Origin: Vicinamibacterales bacterium
GTDB lineage: Bacteria > Acidobacteriota > Vicinamibacteria > Vicinamibacterales > CAVVIG01
NCBI GenBank assembly: GCA_049679965.1
Contig: JBAUGX010000111.1
Coordinates: forward strand, 1 to 63,073
Reading direction: 5' to 3'
Length of the DNA: 63,073 nt
The position numbers were made by a program, and so were the translations under genes. The notes beneath the pieces were generated by a model. That model ran no database searches, was not told the origin of the DNA, and saw nothing but the letters and a program-made list of their open reading frames with translations. This document shows, piece by piece, positions 1 to 9,598 of the stretch; the stretch's first letter is position 1, and each line of letters starts with the position of its first letter.

Positions 1-1346
1 TTCTTCGGCAGTTCGAAGACGGCGGCCGCCCAGTCCGGTGTCTGGCCAGGCAGCCGGCACGGCTTGACTCGACCCGGCCGACGACTGAAATCGTTCAAGG
101 TGATTGTCTCGACGAGGCTTCGCTCGATCGCGCGCTCGCCGGTGTCCGCACGGCCTGCTACCTGGTGCATTCGATGGCGGCCGGCTCGGACTTCGCGGCC
201 ACGGACCGGCGGGCGGCCGACAACTTCGGACGCGCGGCCGCGCGCGCCGGCGTGCGGCGCATCATCTACCTGGGCGGATTGACCGACGAGACTGGTCAGG
301 TCTCGGCCCACCTCAAGAGCCGGGCCGAGACGGGCGACGTCCTTCGCGCGAGCGGCGTCCCCGTCATCGAGTTTCGCGCCTCGATCGTCATCGGGGCGGG
401 GAGTCTGTCGTTTGAAATGATTCGAGCGCTCGTCGAGCGGCTGCCGGTGATGGTGTGCCCCCGCTGGGTCGCCACGCTCACGCAGCCCATCGCCATCGAC
501 GATGTGCTGGCGTATTTGACGGCGGCGATCGATCTGCCGGAGGGCACGAGCGGCATCTTCGAGATCGGCGGACCCGACGTGGTCTCCTACGGCGACATGA
601 TGCGGGAATACGGGCGGCTGCGCGGGCTGCGCCGGTGGCTGCTGCCCGTGCCGGTGCTGACGCCGCGGTGGTCGGGCCTGTGGCTGGCACTCGTCACGCC
701 GGCCCAGGCGCGCGTCGGTCGCGCGCTCGTCGAAGGCTTGAAGAACGCGACCGTCGTCCGGTCGGCGGCGGCCCGCGAGATGTTCCGCATCCGACCGATG
801 TCACTCCGCGCCGCGTTCGTCAACGCGATCGGCGAAGGGGCGGCGACGTATCTCAAGGAAGACACACGCACGGTGGTCGTCGACGCGACGCCTGCGCAGG
901 TGTTCGCGCCCGTGCGGCGCATCGGCGGCGCCACCGGGTGGTACTTCGGTAATCTCCTCTGGTCGGCGCGCGGCTGGATCGACCGATGCCTCGGAGGGGT
1001 GGGCATGGCCCGGGGGCGACGCGATCCGGACACGTGTGCCGTTGGTGACACGATCGACGGATGGACCGTTGAAGCCTATGAACCCGATCGGCGACTGCGC
1101 CTCTCGGCCGACCTGAAACTGCCCGGTCGCGGTTGGCTGGAATTCGAGGTGACTCCGCTCGCTCAGGGGCGGCAATCGAGGATCCGGCAGAGCGCGACGT
1201 TCGACCCGCGCGGGCTGATGGGCCGCGTGTATTGGTACGCCATTTCCCCGATCCACAACCTGGTGTTCGGGGGAATGCTGAGACAGATCGCCCGACAGGC
1301 CCTGGTCCATCCGCCGCTCAGGAGTGCCGATGTCCCGTCCGTTTGA
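1..1346 (+). CDS. NAD(P)H-binding SDR/NmrA-like protein with DUF2867-like C-terminal domain (5' end outside window)
   Basis: Frame 3 is open from the first base. It reads ...VRCLARQP...EIVQGDCLDEASLDRALAGVRTACYLVHSMAAGSDF..., continuous with track ORF 165..1346. This is the typical atypical-SDR middle region, so the N-terminal Rossmann motif must lie upstream of the window. Confidence 0.75.
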   Translation, partial: LRQFEDGGRPVRCLARQPARLDSTRPTTEIVQGDCLDEASLDRALAGVRTACYLVHSMAAGSDFAATDRRAADNFGRAAARAGVRRIIYLGGLTDETGQVSAHLKSRAETGDVLRASGVPVIEFRASIVIGAGSLSFEMIRALVERLPVMVCPRWVATLTQPIAIDDVLAYLTAAIDLPEGTSGIFEIGGPDVVSYGDMMREYGRLRGLRRWLLPVPVLTPRWSGLWLALVTPAQARVGRALVEGLKNATVVRSAAAREMFRIRPMSLRAAFVNAIGEGAATYLKEDTRTVVVDATPAQVFAPVRRIGGATGWYFGNLLWSARGWIDRCLGGVGMARGRRDPDTCAVGDTIDGWTVEAYEPDRRLRLSADLKLPGRGWLEFEVTPLAQGRQSRIRQSATFDPRGLMGRVYWYAISPIHNLVFGGMLRQIARQALVHPPLRSADVPSV

Positions 1347-2364
1347 CGCCGTGCTCGTCGTCTCCTTCGGCGGCCCCGGCGGGCCGGCCGACGTCCGGCC
1401 GTTTCTCGCCAACGTGCTCCGCGGCCGCCGCATCTCGCCCGAGCGGCTCGAAGAAGTGGTGCACCACTACGAGCGGTTTGGCGGCGTCTCGCCGCTCACG
1501 GAGATCACGCTGAAGCAGGCGGGCGGGCTGGAGTCGCGGCTGGCCGAGCGCATGGGGCCTCTGCCCGTGTATGTCGGCATGCGCAACTGGCATCCGCTGT
1601 TGCCCGACACGCTTCGCGCCATGGCCGCGGCCGGCGTGAAGCGGGCCATCGGCCTGGTGCTCGCGCCGCAGCGTTCGTATTCGAGCTGCACGCAGTACCG
1701 GCAGAACGTGATGGACGCGCGCGCCCAGCTGGCCGCAGACGGCCAGCCCGACGTGGCCGTCACGTACGTGGGCGACTGGCACACGCATCCGAAATTCGTC
1801 GAGGCCAACGCGCGCCACGTGCGCGCCGCGCTCGCTCGCCTGCCGGATGCCGCCCGCATGGGCGCGCGACTGGTTTTCACCGCGCACAGCGTGCCCGAAT
1901 CCATGACCGGCGCCGCGCGCTATCGCCAGCAGATCGACGTATCGGCCGAGCGCGTCGCCGCCGTCCTCGGCGCCACCGACTACGTCGTCGTCTTCCAGAG
2001 CCGCAGCGGACGCCCCGAGGATCCGTGGCTGGGCCCGGACGTCTGCGAGTACCTGCGCGGGCTGCCGAGGGGCCTCTCGGGCGTCGTGCTCGTGCCGATC
2101 GGTTTTGTCTGCGACCACATCGAAGTGCTGTACGACCTGGACTGCGAGGCCGCGGAGGTCTGCCGCGAGATCGGGCTGCCGATGGTCCGATCCGAAACGG
2201 TCAACGACGATCCGCTGTTTCTCGACATGACGGCCGACGTGGTCGCCGACGTGTGGAACCGCTACCGATCGGGACGTCCGCTGCCCATCGTCTCGACAAC
2301 ACCGCCCGAGCGCCACGAGGGACCGCCGCCCGCTCGAGGGGCGTCGCGGGGGCGGGTGGCGTGA
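1330..2364 (+). CDS. hemH: ferrochelatase
   Basis: The protein reads FDAVLVVSFGGPGGPADVRPFLANVL...HHYERFGG.SPL...FTAHSVPE...GFVCDHIEVLYDLD. GGAG (1321-1324) lies 5 nt before ATG 1330. The stop overlaps the next start (TGATG). Confidence 0.9.
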   Translation: MSRPFDAVLVVSFGGPGGPADVRPFLANVLRGRRISPERLEEVVHHYERFGGVSPLTEITLKQAGGLESRLAERMGPLPVYVGMRNWHPLLPDTLRAMAAAGVKRAIGLVLAPQRSYSSCTQYRQNVMDARAQLAADGQPDVAVTYVGDWHTHPKFVEANARHVRAALARLPDAARMGARLVFTAHSVPESMTGAARYRQQIDVSAERVAAVLGATDYVVVFQSRSGRPEDPWLGPDVCEYLRGLPRGLSGVVLVPIGFVCDHIEVLYDLDCEAAEVCREIGLPMVRSETVNDDPLFLDMTADVVADVWNRYRSGRPLPIVSTTPPERHEGPPPARGASRGRVA

Positions 2365-4718
2365 TGCGAGTGCTCCTCCTGGCGTGGTGCCTCGCCCTGT
2401 CTGCGTACGACGCGGCGGCACAGGACACGACGGGCATCGGATCGCTCAACGGCTCGGTGGTCGACGCGGCGGGCGCGCCAGCCGCGTTCGCGACGGTCTG
2501 CCTGGCCGGCACGACGCAGTGCGCCACGGCGGACGAACGAGGCGCCTTTCGACTCACGAACATCCGCTCGGGCGACTACGCGCTCGAGGTGACGCCCACT
2601 GGCGAGACGCCGCTGCCGCTCGGCCGCGTCGAGGTGCGCGCCGGCGTGGATCAACGCCTGGAAATCACGCTGCCGGCCGCCAACCGCCTGGAAACCACGG
2701 TGACGGTGACGGCGCCGAGCGTGGCCGCCCCGACGGAGGTGAAGACATCCGGCCGCCTCGTCACCTCAGATGAGATCTTCCGCGCCGCCGGGGCGCTGCA
2801 GGACGTCTCGCGCTACGTCCAGGCCCTGCCAGGCGTCGTCATCGGCTCGAACGACTTCCGTAACGACATCATCGTGCGCGGCGGCAGCCCGCTCGAGAAT
2901 CTCTTCGTCGTCGACAACGTCGAAGTGCCGAACATCAACACGTTCGCCAATTTCGCGTCCGCGGGCGGCACGGTCAGCATTCTCGACCCGGCGATGATTC
3001 GCGACGTGACGTTTCTGACCGGCGGCTATCCCGCGTCATATAGCAACCGCGCGTCGAGCGTGCTGCAGATCACGCAGCGCGAGGGCACGCGCGACCGCGT
3101 CCGCGGGTGGGCGACGCTTGGATTCGCCGGCGCCGGCGGCGCGGTCGAGGGGCCGATGGCTGCCGGCCGTGGATCGTGGGTGGTGTCGGCGCGCCGAAGC
3201 TTCCTCGATTTCTTCACGAGCGACGTCGGGATTGGCGGCGTGCCGGTGCTCTACACCGTCAACGCCAAGGCGGTCTACGACCTCAATGCGACCGACCGGC
3301 TGTGGATCGTGAACATCACCGGCGTGGATCGGATTCGTCTCGGGCTGACCGATTCGACGCCCAATGATCAGGAGGTCTTCAACTTCGACATCCGGTACCA
3401 GGGCTGGCGCTCTGCAACCGGCGTGAACTGGCAGCACCTGTTCGGATCGCGGGCGGTCGGGCTGTTCGGCGTCACCAACTCGACCGCCTCGGTCGGTTCG
3501 ACCGTCAAGGATCTCGTGAGGAACGGCGTGCCGTCCTCGGGGCTCGGCGCGGACCAGATCATCGCCGCAAGCCCGATCATCTACCAGGACAACTCGAGCG
3601 AGTCGGACACGACGCTGAAGTACGACGCGACGGTGACCGCGGCATCCAGGACGAAGGTCCAGCTCGGCGGCAGCGTGAAGCAGGTCCGCGTGAAGTACGA
3701 CAGCAGCTCGCCGCTCGGCTACGACAGCCCGTACTCGGCGCAGCCCGGGGTCAACGCGTTCAGCATCTTCGACCGCTTCACGGCGTGGCAAAGCGGCGGG
3801 TACGCGCAAGTCACGCACGATGTCACCTCGGCGCTCAACGTCACGGCGGGCGGACGATTCGACCGCTACCAGTACATCGACGCCTCGCGATTCAGCCCGC
3901 GCCTGGCCGCCACGTATGCGCTGACGCCCCGGCTGTCGGTCAAGGCCAGCACCGGCATTTACTATCAGCAGCCGGCGTTTCCGTTTCTCGCGGTGTTTCC
4001 GGAAAACCGGGCCCTCGAGCCGTTCCGCGCCACGCACTATGTCGGCGGCATCACCTACGCGCTCTCTGACGGCTGGCTGCTCGGCGTCGAAGGCTACCGC
4101 AAGAATTACCGCGACTACCCGGTCGCCACGCAGTATCCGTCGCTCTCGCTCGCCAACCTGGGCGACACGTTCAACGTCCAGGAGACGCTCTTTCCGCTGA
4201 CGAGCGCCGGATTCGGCCACAGCCAGGGCGTCGAGGTCGACCTCACGAAAAAAGACGATGGGCGGTGGTACGGGCAGTTGAACCTGTCGCTGTCGAAGGC
4301 GCAGCACGCGGCGCTCGACGGCGTGCTCCGTCCCGGCTCGTTCGACTATCCCGTCGTGTTCAACCTGACCGGCGGACGCCGGTGGTCGCCCAAGTGGGAA
4401 ACGTCGATCAAGATCGCGTACCTCTCGGGCCGGCCGTACACGCCGTTCGACACCGCCCTGTCCACGAGCCAGCGGCGCGGCATCTACGATCTTTCGCAGA
4501 TCAACGCCTTGCGCGCGCCCGCCTACTTCCGTGTCGACGCCCGCCTGGACCGCAACGCAACGATTGCCGGCCAGCCGGTCATCTTCTTCATTGGCGTCCA
4601 GAACCTGACCGGCCGGCGCAACTTCGCCGGCTACACCTGGAACCGGCGGACCAACTCCGTCGATGCCGACGAACAGCTCGGCGTGTTCCCGCTCGTGGGC
4701 CTGGAGTGGCGCTTCTAG
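2364..4718 (+). CDS. TonB-dependent outer-membrane receptor with N-terminal CarboxypepD_reg-like domain
   Basis: Internal ATG 2364 gives the signal peptide MRVLLLAWCLALSAYDAAAQD. A Cna/CarboxypepD-like segment follows (GSVVDAAG...GDYALEVTP). The plug motif is DVSRYVQALPGVV...IIVRGGSPLENLFVVDNVEVPN, and the C-terminus ends LVGLEWRF. The track ORF's extra 113 codons overlap hemH. Confidence 0.85.
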   Translation: MRVLLLAWCLALSAYDAAAQDTTGIGSLNGSVVDAAGAPAAFATVCLAGTTQCATADERGAFRLTNIRSGDYALEVTPTGETPLPLGRVEVRAGVDQRLEITLPAANRLETTVTVTAPSVAAPTEVKTSGRLVTSDEIFRAAGALQDVSRYVQALPGVVIGSNDFRNDIIVRGGSPLENLFVVDNVEVPNINTFANFASAGGTVSILDPAMIRDVTFLTGGYPASYSNRASSVLQITQREGTRDRVRGWATLGFAGAGGAVEGPMAAGRGSWVVSARRSFLDFFTSDVGIGGVPVLYTVNAKAVYDLNATDRLWIVNITGVDRIRLGLTDSTPNDQEVFNFDIRYQGWRSATGVNWQHLFGSRAVGLFGVTNSTASVGSTVKDLVRNGVPSSGLGADQIIAASPIIYQDNSSESDTTLKYDATVTAASRTKVQLGGSVKQVRVKYDSSSPLGYDSPYSAQPGVNAFSIFDRFTAWQSGGYAQVTHDVTSALNVTAGGRFDRYQYIDASRFSPRLAATYALTPRLSVKASTGIYYQQPAFPFLAVFPENRALEPFRATHYVGGITYALSDGWLLGVEGYRKNYRDYPVATQYPSLSLANLGDTFNVQETLFPLTSAGFGHSQGVEVDLTKKDDGRWYGQLNLSLSKAQHAALDGVLRPGSFDYPVVFNLTGGRRWSPKWETSIKIAYLSGRPYTPFDTALSTSQRRGIYDLSQINALRAPAYFRVDARLDRNATIAGQPVIFFIGVQNLTGRRNFAGYTWNRRTNSVDADEQLGVFPLVGLEWRF

Positions 4719-4719
4719 C

Positions 4720-5268
4720 ATGCTGACGATGGTGTTGATCGCCGCGATGATGGGCCAGGCGTCGGGCCCGGTCCGCACCGTGGACGCGGTGGATCTCGAT
4801 CGGTATCTGGGCGACTGGTTCGAGATCGCGCGGTTTCCCAACTGGTTTCAGCGCACGTGCACCGGCGACGTCCGGGCCACCTACGCGAAGCGGTCCGATG
4901 GCCGGATCGACGTGATCAACCGGTGCCGCAAGGCGGATGGCTTGACCGAGGCTCGCGGCGTCGCGCGCGTCGTCGATCCGCGCACGTCGGCGAAGCTCAC
5001 AGTCCGCTTCGCGCCCGCCGCCCTCTCGTTTCTGCCCTTCGTCTGGGGCGACTACTGGATTCTGGGGCTCGCCGGCGACTACTCGTGGGCCGTCGTCGGA
5101 TCGCCGGATCGAGACTATCTCTGGATCCTGGCGCGCACGCCGGTCCTCGATGGCGAAGCCTACGCCTCCGCGATCGCGGCCGCTCGTGCCAATGGCTTCG
5201 ATGTCCAACGGCTGGTGAAGACGAGCCACACCGACACGCCGGGCGCCACCGGTGTCGGCGCGCCATGA
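4720..5268 (+). CDS. blc: bacterial lipocalin (Blc-like)
   Basis: The lipocalin SCR1 context is DLDRYLGDWFEIARFPNWFQ, followed by ...YWILGLAGDYSWAVVGSPDRDYLWILAR. ATG 4720 lies 1 nt after the receptor stop and gives a hydrophobic N-terminus, MLTMVLIAAMMG. Confidence 0.85.
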   Translation: MLTMVLIAAMMGQASGPVRTVDAVDLDRYLGDWFEIARFPNWFQRTCTGDVRATYAKRSDGRIDVINRCRKADGLTEARGVARVVDPRTSAKLTVRFAPAALSFLPFVWGDYWILGLAGDYSWAVVGSPDRDYLWILARTPVLDGEAYASAIAAARANGFDVQRLVKTSHTDTPGATGVGAP

Positions 5269-5768
5269 AACGGACGGTCATCGTCAACGACCGGATGCAG
5301 CGCGGCTACGTGTACTACCGCACCGAGCCCGTCGGCCGGAACTTCGCGCCCGGGTTCACGCCGGAGCTGACGCCCAAGCAGATGCTTCGGCTCGGGGTGT
5401 TCGGTGGCAAGTACATGACCGACTGCGGCAAGGAGTTCCCCCCGAGCTGGTTTGCTGGCGCGAAGCTGTGCGCCGATCGCCACGACGCGCGCCTCAATCG
5501 CTTCGGCGTCAACGCCTCGCAGTCGCTCGCCATCTGGCGGCACAAGAACTGGATTCGTCCCCAGGATCCGCGCGGCTGGTTCCAGTGGTACTGCCGCTAC
5601 TACATCGGCCGCAGAACCGCAGACGACGCCCGCCAGATCAGGCGGTGGCGGGCGATCGCGCGGCACACCGCCGCCATTCGAAAGAACTGCGAGCCGGGCG
5701 ACCTCGCCTGCCGCCGCCGGCAGCGGCAGGCCGTGTTGCACTGGGCGTACGACAGCCGCAAGATCTGA
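5265..5768 (+). CDS. conserved hypothetical protein (167 aa)
   Basis: The start forms an ATGA overlap with the blc stop. Composition is non-repetitive and Trp/Tyr-rich (WFQWYCRYYIGRR, AIWRHKNWIRPQDPRGW), unlike the Arg/Pro/Ala noise ORFs. I do not recognise the family. Confidence 0.55.
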   Translation: MKRTVIVNDRMQRGYVYYRTEPVGRNFAPGFTPELTPKQMLRLGVFGGKYMTDCGKEFPPSWFAGAKLCADRHDARLNRFGVNASQSLAIWRHKNWIRPQDPRGWFQWYCRYYIGRRTADDARQIRRWRAIARHTAAIRKNCEPGDLACRRRQRQAVLHWAYDSRKI

Positions 5769-6773
5769 ATGGCCATGAGCCACGAGCCTCGCGAGCGGCG
5801 ACCGACCCTTCGACTGCACTCAGGGCTGGTCCGCGTCGGCATCTCTTCCTGCCTGCTCGGCGAGGCCGTGCGCTATGACGGCGGCCACAAGCGCGACGCG
5901 TTTCTCACCGACACGTTCGGCCCGCTGGTCGAATGGGTGCCCGTCTGCCCCGAGGTGGAGTCCGGCATGGGCACGCCGCGGGAATCGATGCGCCTGGTGC
6001 GCGTCGAAGACGGCATCCGGCTGCTGACCGTCAAGACCGCGTCCGATCTGACCGACCAGCTCGACAAGTACGCGAAACGCCGGGTCGCCGAGCTCGAGGC
6101 CGAGGACTTGTGCGGCTACGTGCTCAAGAAGGACTCGCCGAGCTGCGGCCTCGAGCGGGTCAAGGTCTACGAGACGCAGCCCGACAAGATTCCGGCCAAG
6201 TCGGGACGAGGGCTTTTCGCCGCCAGGCTGATCGCACGGTTTCCCGACCTGCCGGTGGAAGAGGAAGGCCGCCTCTCGGATCCCCGGCTGCGGGACAACT
6301 TCGTCGAGCGGGTGTTCGCGTACCGGCGGCTTCGCGATCTGTTTGGCGGCCAGTGGAATCTCGGCGCGCTCGTGGCGTTCCACACGGCCCACAAACTGAT
6401 CCTGATGGCGCATTCGCCCCAGGCGTATCAGCAGCTCGGGCGCTTCGTGGCGCGCGCGCGGGCGGTGGCGAAGCACGACATCGAGCGCCGCTACACCGGG
6501 ATGTTCATGGCCGCGCTCTCGGTTGTCGCCACGCCGCGCCGGCACACCAACGTGCTGCAGCACATGGCGGGGTACTTCAAGGATCAGCTCGATCGGGAAT
6601 CCAAAGCGGAGCTCGCTGCCGCCATCGAAGACTATCGCCGCGAGCTCGTGCCGCTCGTCGTGCCGATTACGCTCGTGCGCCACCACGTGCGCGTCCACAA
6701 CGTGGCGTACCTCGCCGGGCAGCGCTACCTCGAGCCCCACCCCAAGGAGCTGATGCTGCGCAATCACGTCTGA
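5769..6773 (+). CDS. DUF523 + DUF1722 fusion protein (YbbK/YbgA-like)
   Basis: The N-terminus VRVGISSCLLGEAVRYDGGHKRD...VPVCPEVESGMGTPRE is DUF523-like. The C-terminal helical half (LVAFHTAHKLILMAHSP..Y..LGR) is DUF1722-like. The ATG directly abuts the previous stop. Confidence 0.8.
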   Translation: MAMSHEPRERRPTLRLHSGLVRVGISSCLLGEAVRYDGGHKRDAFLTDTFGPLVEWVPVCPEVESGMGTPRESMRLVRVEDGIRLLTVKTASDLTDQLDKYAKRRVAELEAEDLCGYVLKKDSPSCGLERVKVYETQPDKIPAKSGRGLFAARLIARFPDLPVEEEGRLSDPRLRDNFVERVFAYRRLRDLFGGQWNLGALVAFHTAHKLILMAHSPQAYQQLGRFVARARAVAKHDIERRYTGMFMAALSVVATPRRHTNVLQHMAGYFKDQLDRESKAELAAAIEDYRRELVPLVVPITLVRHHVRVHNVAYLAGQRYLEPHPKELMLRNHV

Positions 6774-6788
6774 CGTGCCGGCCGGATG

Positions 6789-7577
6789 TTACGGACGCGG
6801 TCCTCGACAGAGCGTGGCCTCCACGCGCGTCGGGAAGAGCGTGTTGAGCAGAAACAGCAGGCGAAATACCCGCGGCCTCAACACGAAGCGCTGGTTTTGT
6901 TCGATCCCGCGCACGATGGCGGCCGCCGCCTCGCCGACCGTGAGCGCCCGCTGGCGGGCGGCCGAGGCCGGCAAGCGCTCCCGGCTGCCAGGATTGTGCA
7001 TCCAGTAGGGACTCTCCACCGTCCCGAACATCGCCAGCGTGACCCCGACGCCGCTGCCGTAGACGTCCGCCCGAAGCGCGGCCGTGAACCCTTCCATCGC
7101 CCATCGCGCGGCGGTGTACGCGGCGGCGCCCGGCCACGCCAGCCGCGAGGCCACCGACGTCACGTTGACGATGTGGCCGCGACGGCGATCGAGCATGCCG
7201 CCGAGCAGCTCGCGCGTGAGGTTGAACGCCGCCAGATAGGGTAACGCCATCATGGCGGCCGCTTCGTCTGCCGGCGTGTCGAGAATGGGCAGCCAGCGGC
7301 CGGCGCCGGCGCAGTTCACCAGGATGTCGGGAACGGGGCCGCGCTCGAGAATCGCCCTGGCCAGCTCCGCAACGACGATGGGATCCGCGAGGTCTCCTGG
7401 GTGGACGTCCGCCGTGCCTCCGCTCTCGCGTATGTGCAGGGCGACCGCCTCCAGGCGGGTTCGATTCCTCGCGATCAGTGCGACGCGCGCACCTCGGGCG
7501 GCGAGCAGCGTGGCGGTGGCTTCGCCGATCCCGCTCGATGCGCCGGTGACGACCGCGTGCGCGCCCTTGAGGTTCAC
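6789..7577 (-). CDS. short-chain dehydrogenase/reductase
   Basis: The cofactor motif is VVTGASSGIGEATA, with the catalytic region Y..AKWA-like (AAAYTAARWAMEGF). GTG 7577 is preceded by AAAGGAAG. The longer track ORF adds an implausible Cys/Arg-rich extension. Confidence 0.8.
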   Translation of the reverse strand: MNLKGAHAVVTGASSGIGEATATLLAARGARVALIARNRTRLEAVALHIRESGGTADVHPGDLADPIVVAELARAILERGPVPDILVNCAGAGRWLPILDTPADEAAAMMALPYLAAFNLTRELLGGMLDRRRGHIVNVTSVASRLAWPGAAAYTAARWAMEGFTAALRADVYGSGVGVTLAMFGTVESPYWMHNPGSRERLPASAARQRALTVGEAAAAIVRGIEQNQRFVLRPRVFRLLFLLNTLFPTRVEATLCRGPRP

Positions 7578-7716
7578 GCGAATCTTCCTTTCTGCTGCAG
7601 CGGCGCCACTCGAGGCTACCCGCGTGCAAGTATAAGCACGACGATCGCGACACGTTGGTACGGGATGCTTGGCGTGACAGAAGCGGCGTCGGAACCACGC
7701 CGCCAACCTGTCGAGG

Positions 7717-8832
7717 ATGCTGATGATGATGCGCTCGGTCGTCGCTGTTCTGCTGACCGTGCACGGTCTCATCCACCTGATGGGGTTCGCGAAGGCGTTC
7801 GGCTACGCCGAGCTGCCGCAACTCACCCAGCCCGTCCCGCGTGAGATGGGCCTCCTGTGGTTGTTGGCGGGGCTGCTGGTGGTGGCCAGCGCCGTGATGC
7901 TGGTGGCGTCGCCGCGCAGCGGCTGGATCGTCGGCGCCATCGCGCTGGCGATCTCTCAGGCGGTCATCCTGTCGGCGTGGCGCGATGCGTGGGCGGGTAC
8001 GATCGCCAACATGATCTTGCTCCTCGTGGTCGCCTACGGATGGTTCACCGAGGGGCCGCAAAGCTTCCGTGCCCAGTTCGAGCGAGATGTCGCGGCGGGT
8101 GTCGCGCGGCCGATCGACGCGCCGGTGGTGACCGAGGCCGACCTGGCGCCCCTGCCCGAGCCGGTGCGGCGCTATCTGCGCGCCACTGGCGTCGCCGGCC
8201 AGCCCAGGGTGCGGAACTACCGACTCGCCTTCCGCGGGCGCATCCGAAGCGCGCCCGATGCAGGGTGGATGCCGTTCGTGGCCGACCAACAGAGCTTCGC
8301 GGATCGACCGACGCGGCTCTTCCTCATGCAGGCGCGCATGTTCGCGCTGCCCGTGCAGGTCTTCCACCGGCTGATCGATGGGCACGCCACGATGCAGGTC
8401 AAGATCGCCGGTGCGATTCCGATGGTGGACGCCCGGGGAGACGAGATGGACCGATCGGAAACCGTGACCCTGTTCAACGACATGTGCCTGCTGGCGCCCG
8501 GGACACTGCTCGACCCGGGGATTGCGTGGGAGCCGGTGGATGCGCGGACGGTGCGCGCGCGGTTCACTCATGGCGCGCACACCATTTCCGCGACGCTGCT
8601 GTTCGGCGACGACGGCCTGCTCACCAACTTCATCTCCGATGACCGTTCGCGGTCGTCGCCTGACGGCAAGACCTTTACCCGCCTCCGTTTTTCCACGCCC
8701 GTGCGCGACTATCGCAACTTCGGCTCCGTGCGTCTGGCCGCACACGGGGACGCGCGATGGCTGTTGCCGGAGGGCGAGTTCACCTACGGGGAGTTCGACC
8801 TCCAGGAGATCGCGTACAACGTGCGCAGGTAA
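7717..8832 (+). CDS. membrane-anchored hypothetical protein
   Basis: Several N-terminal hydrophobic helices are present (SVVAVLLTVHGLIHLMGF; LLWLLAGLLVVASAVMLV; IVGAIALAISQAVIL), followed by a soluble domain. Codon usage is clean. Family not recognised with certainty. Confidence 0.6.
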   Translation: MLMMMRSVVAVLLTVHGLIHLMGFAKAFGYAELPQLTQPVPREMGLLWLLAGLLVVASAVMLVASPRSGWIVGAIALAISQAVILSAWRDAWAGTIANMILLLVVAYGWFTEGPQSFRAQFERDVAAGVARPIDAPVVTEADLAPLPEPVRRYLRATGVAGQPRVRNYRLAFRGRIRSAPDAGWMPFVADQQSFADRPTRLFLMQARMFALPVQVFHRLIDGHATMQVKIAGAIPMVDARGDEMDRSETVTLFNDMCLLAPGTLLDPGIAWEPVDARTVRARFTHGAHTISATLLFGDDGLLTNFISDDRSRSSPDGKTFTRLRFSTPVRDYRNFGSVRLAAHGDARWLLPEGEFTYGEFDLQEIAYNVRR

Positions 8833-8847
8833 GGGCCGCACCACCGG

Positions 8848-9540
8848 CTAATCGCGGCCTGGCCCCAGGCGTCGCGCTCGCATGGAAAGGATCGCGAGCG
8901 CCGCCATCGCCGCGACCAGGACATTCCACACGGCAAAGGCGAGCAGGCCACCCGGCGTCAAGACCCACCCTGGAGCCGCGGCGGTCGCGATGCCGCCGAG
9001 CACGCTCAACGGACCGTTGGCCACGAACAGCCACGCGGTCGTTCGCTCGAGTGGGCCGTGACGGAAGACCGGCGCCACGAGCCACGTGGCCGCACCGAGC
9101 ACTGCGTAGCCCCACATCTCGAGCGCCCACCCGAGCGATCGCGGATTGGCCATGGTGAGCGCGCTGATGAGCGCGGCATTCTCCGGTGAAGACGTCGTCA
9201 CCAGGGCCGGCACAAAGGTCGTCTGAACCGCGTAGTTGACGAAGATCATCGCTGCAAACGCCCCAGCCAACGCAACGGCGCACACGGTGCGCGGACGAAT
9301 CTCCTGGGGTGCGAGCGCATGAAGGCTCGCCACGAGGCCGACAAAGCCGCCCACGAGGAGCAAGCCGAAGACGTACGGCAGGGTCTGGATGGGATGGTAT
9401 GCGGCGACGAACGTGGCCGCGTCCCGCCAGGCAGGCTGCGGGTGCGTCGCGCCGACCAGCCAAATCCCGAGCGGCCCGGACGTGACGGCTCCGATGAGCG
9501 CCAGCACGGCGCTGACGGTGACGGCGTGACGGGCATCCAC
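8848..9540 (-). CDS. integral membrane protein (about 6 TM)
   Basis: GTG 9540 is preceded by AAAGGAGG. The protein is hydrophobic throughout (VSAVLALIGAVTSGPLGIWLV..., YVFGLLLVGGFVGLVASL...). The upstream part of the track ORF overlaps the next gene. Confidence 0.6.
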   Translation of the reverse strand: MDARHAVTVSAVLALIGAVTSGPLGIWLVGATHPQPAWRDAATFVAAYHPIQTLPYVFGLLLVGGFVGLVASLHALAPQEIRPRTVCAVALAGAFAAMIFVNYAVQTTFVPALVTTSSPENAALISALTMANPRSLGWALEMWGYAVLGAATWLVAPVFRHGPLERTTAWLFVANGPLSVLGGIATAAAPGWVLTPGGLLAFAVWNVLVAAMAALAILSMRARRLGPGRD

Positions 9541-9598
9541 GGACACCACCTCCTTTGCGCCAGGGTTTCGAGCCTTCAGGCCGCCCACCCTGGTTTTC

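Noticed and set aside
2025-2363. N-terminal extensions in the track for the TonB receptor (2025), lipocalin (4663), 5265 gene (4857), desaturase (to 18431), GGDEF (to 30400), hss2 (38160), decarboxylase (39407), sheath-like gene (41627) and helicase (59562).
   Set aside because: The extensions overlap the preceding gene out of frame and are Arg/Pro-rich. Internal starts give signal peptides, RBSs or stop/start overlaps.
3036-4841. Very long antisense or alternative-frame ORFs. Examples are 3036-4841 (-), 6667-8844 (-), 27336-29582 (-), 30820-32610 (-), 23594-25072 (+), 19868-21310 (-), 38250-39644 (-) and 46482-47882 (-).
   Set aside because: All overlap genes with clear family motifs on the other strand or frame. 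Their translations are Arg/Ala/Pro/Gly-dominated with no recognisable motifs. This is the expected stop-codon-poor artefact of ~70% G+C DNA.
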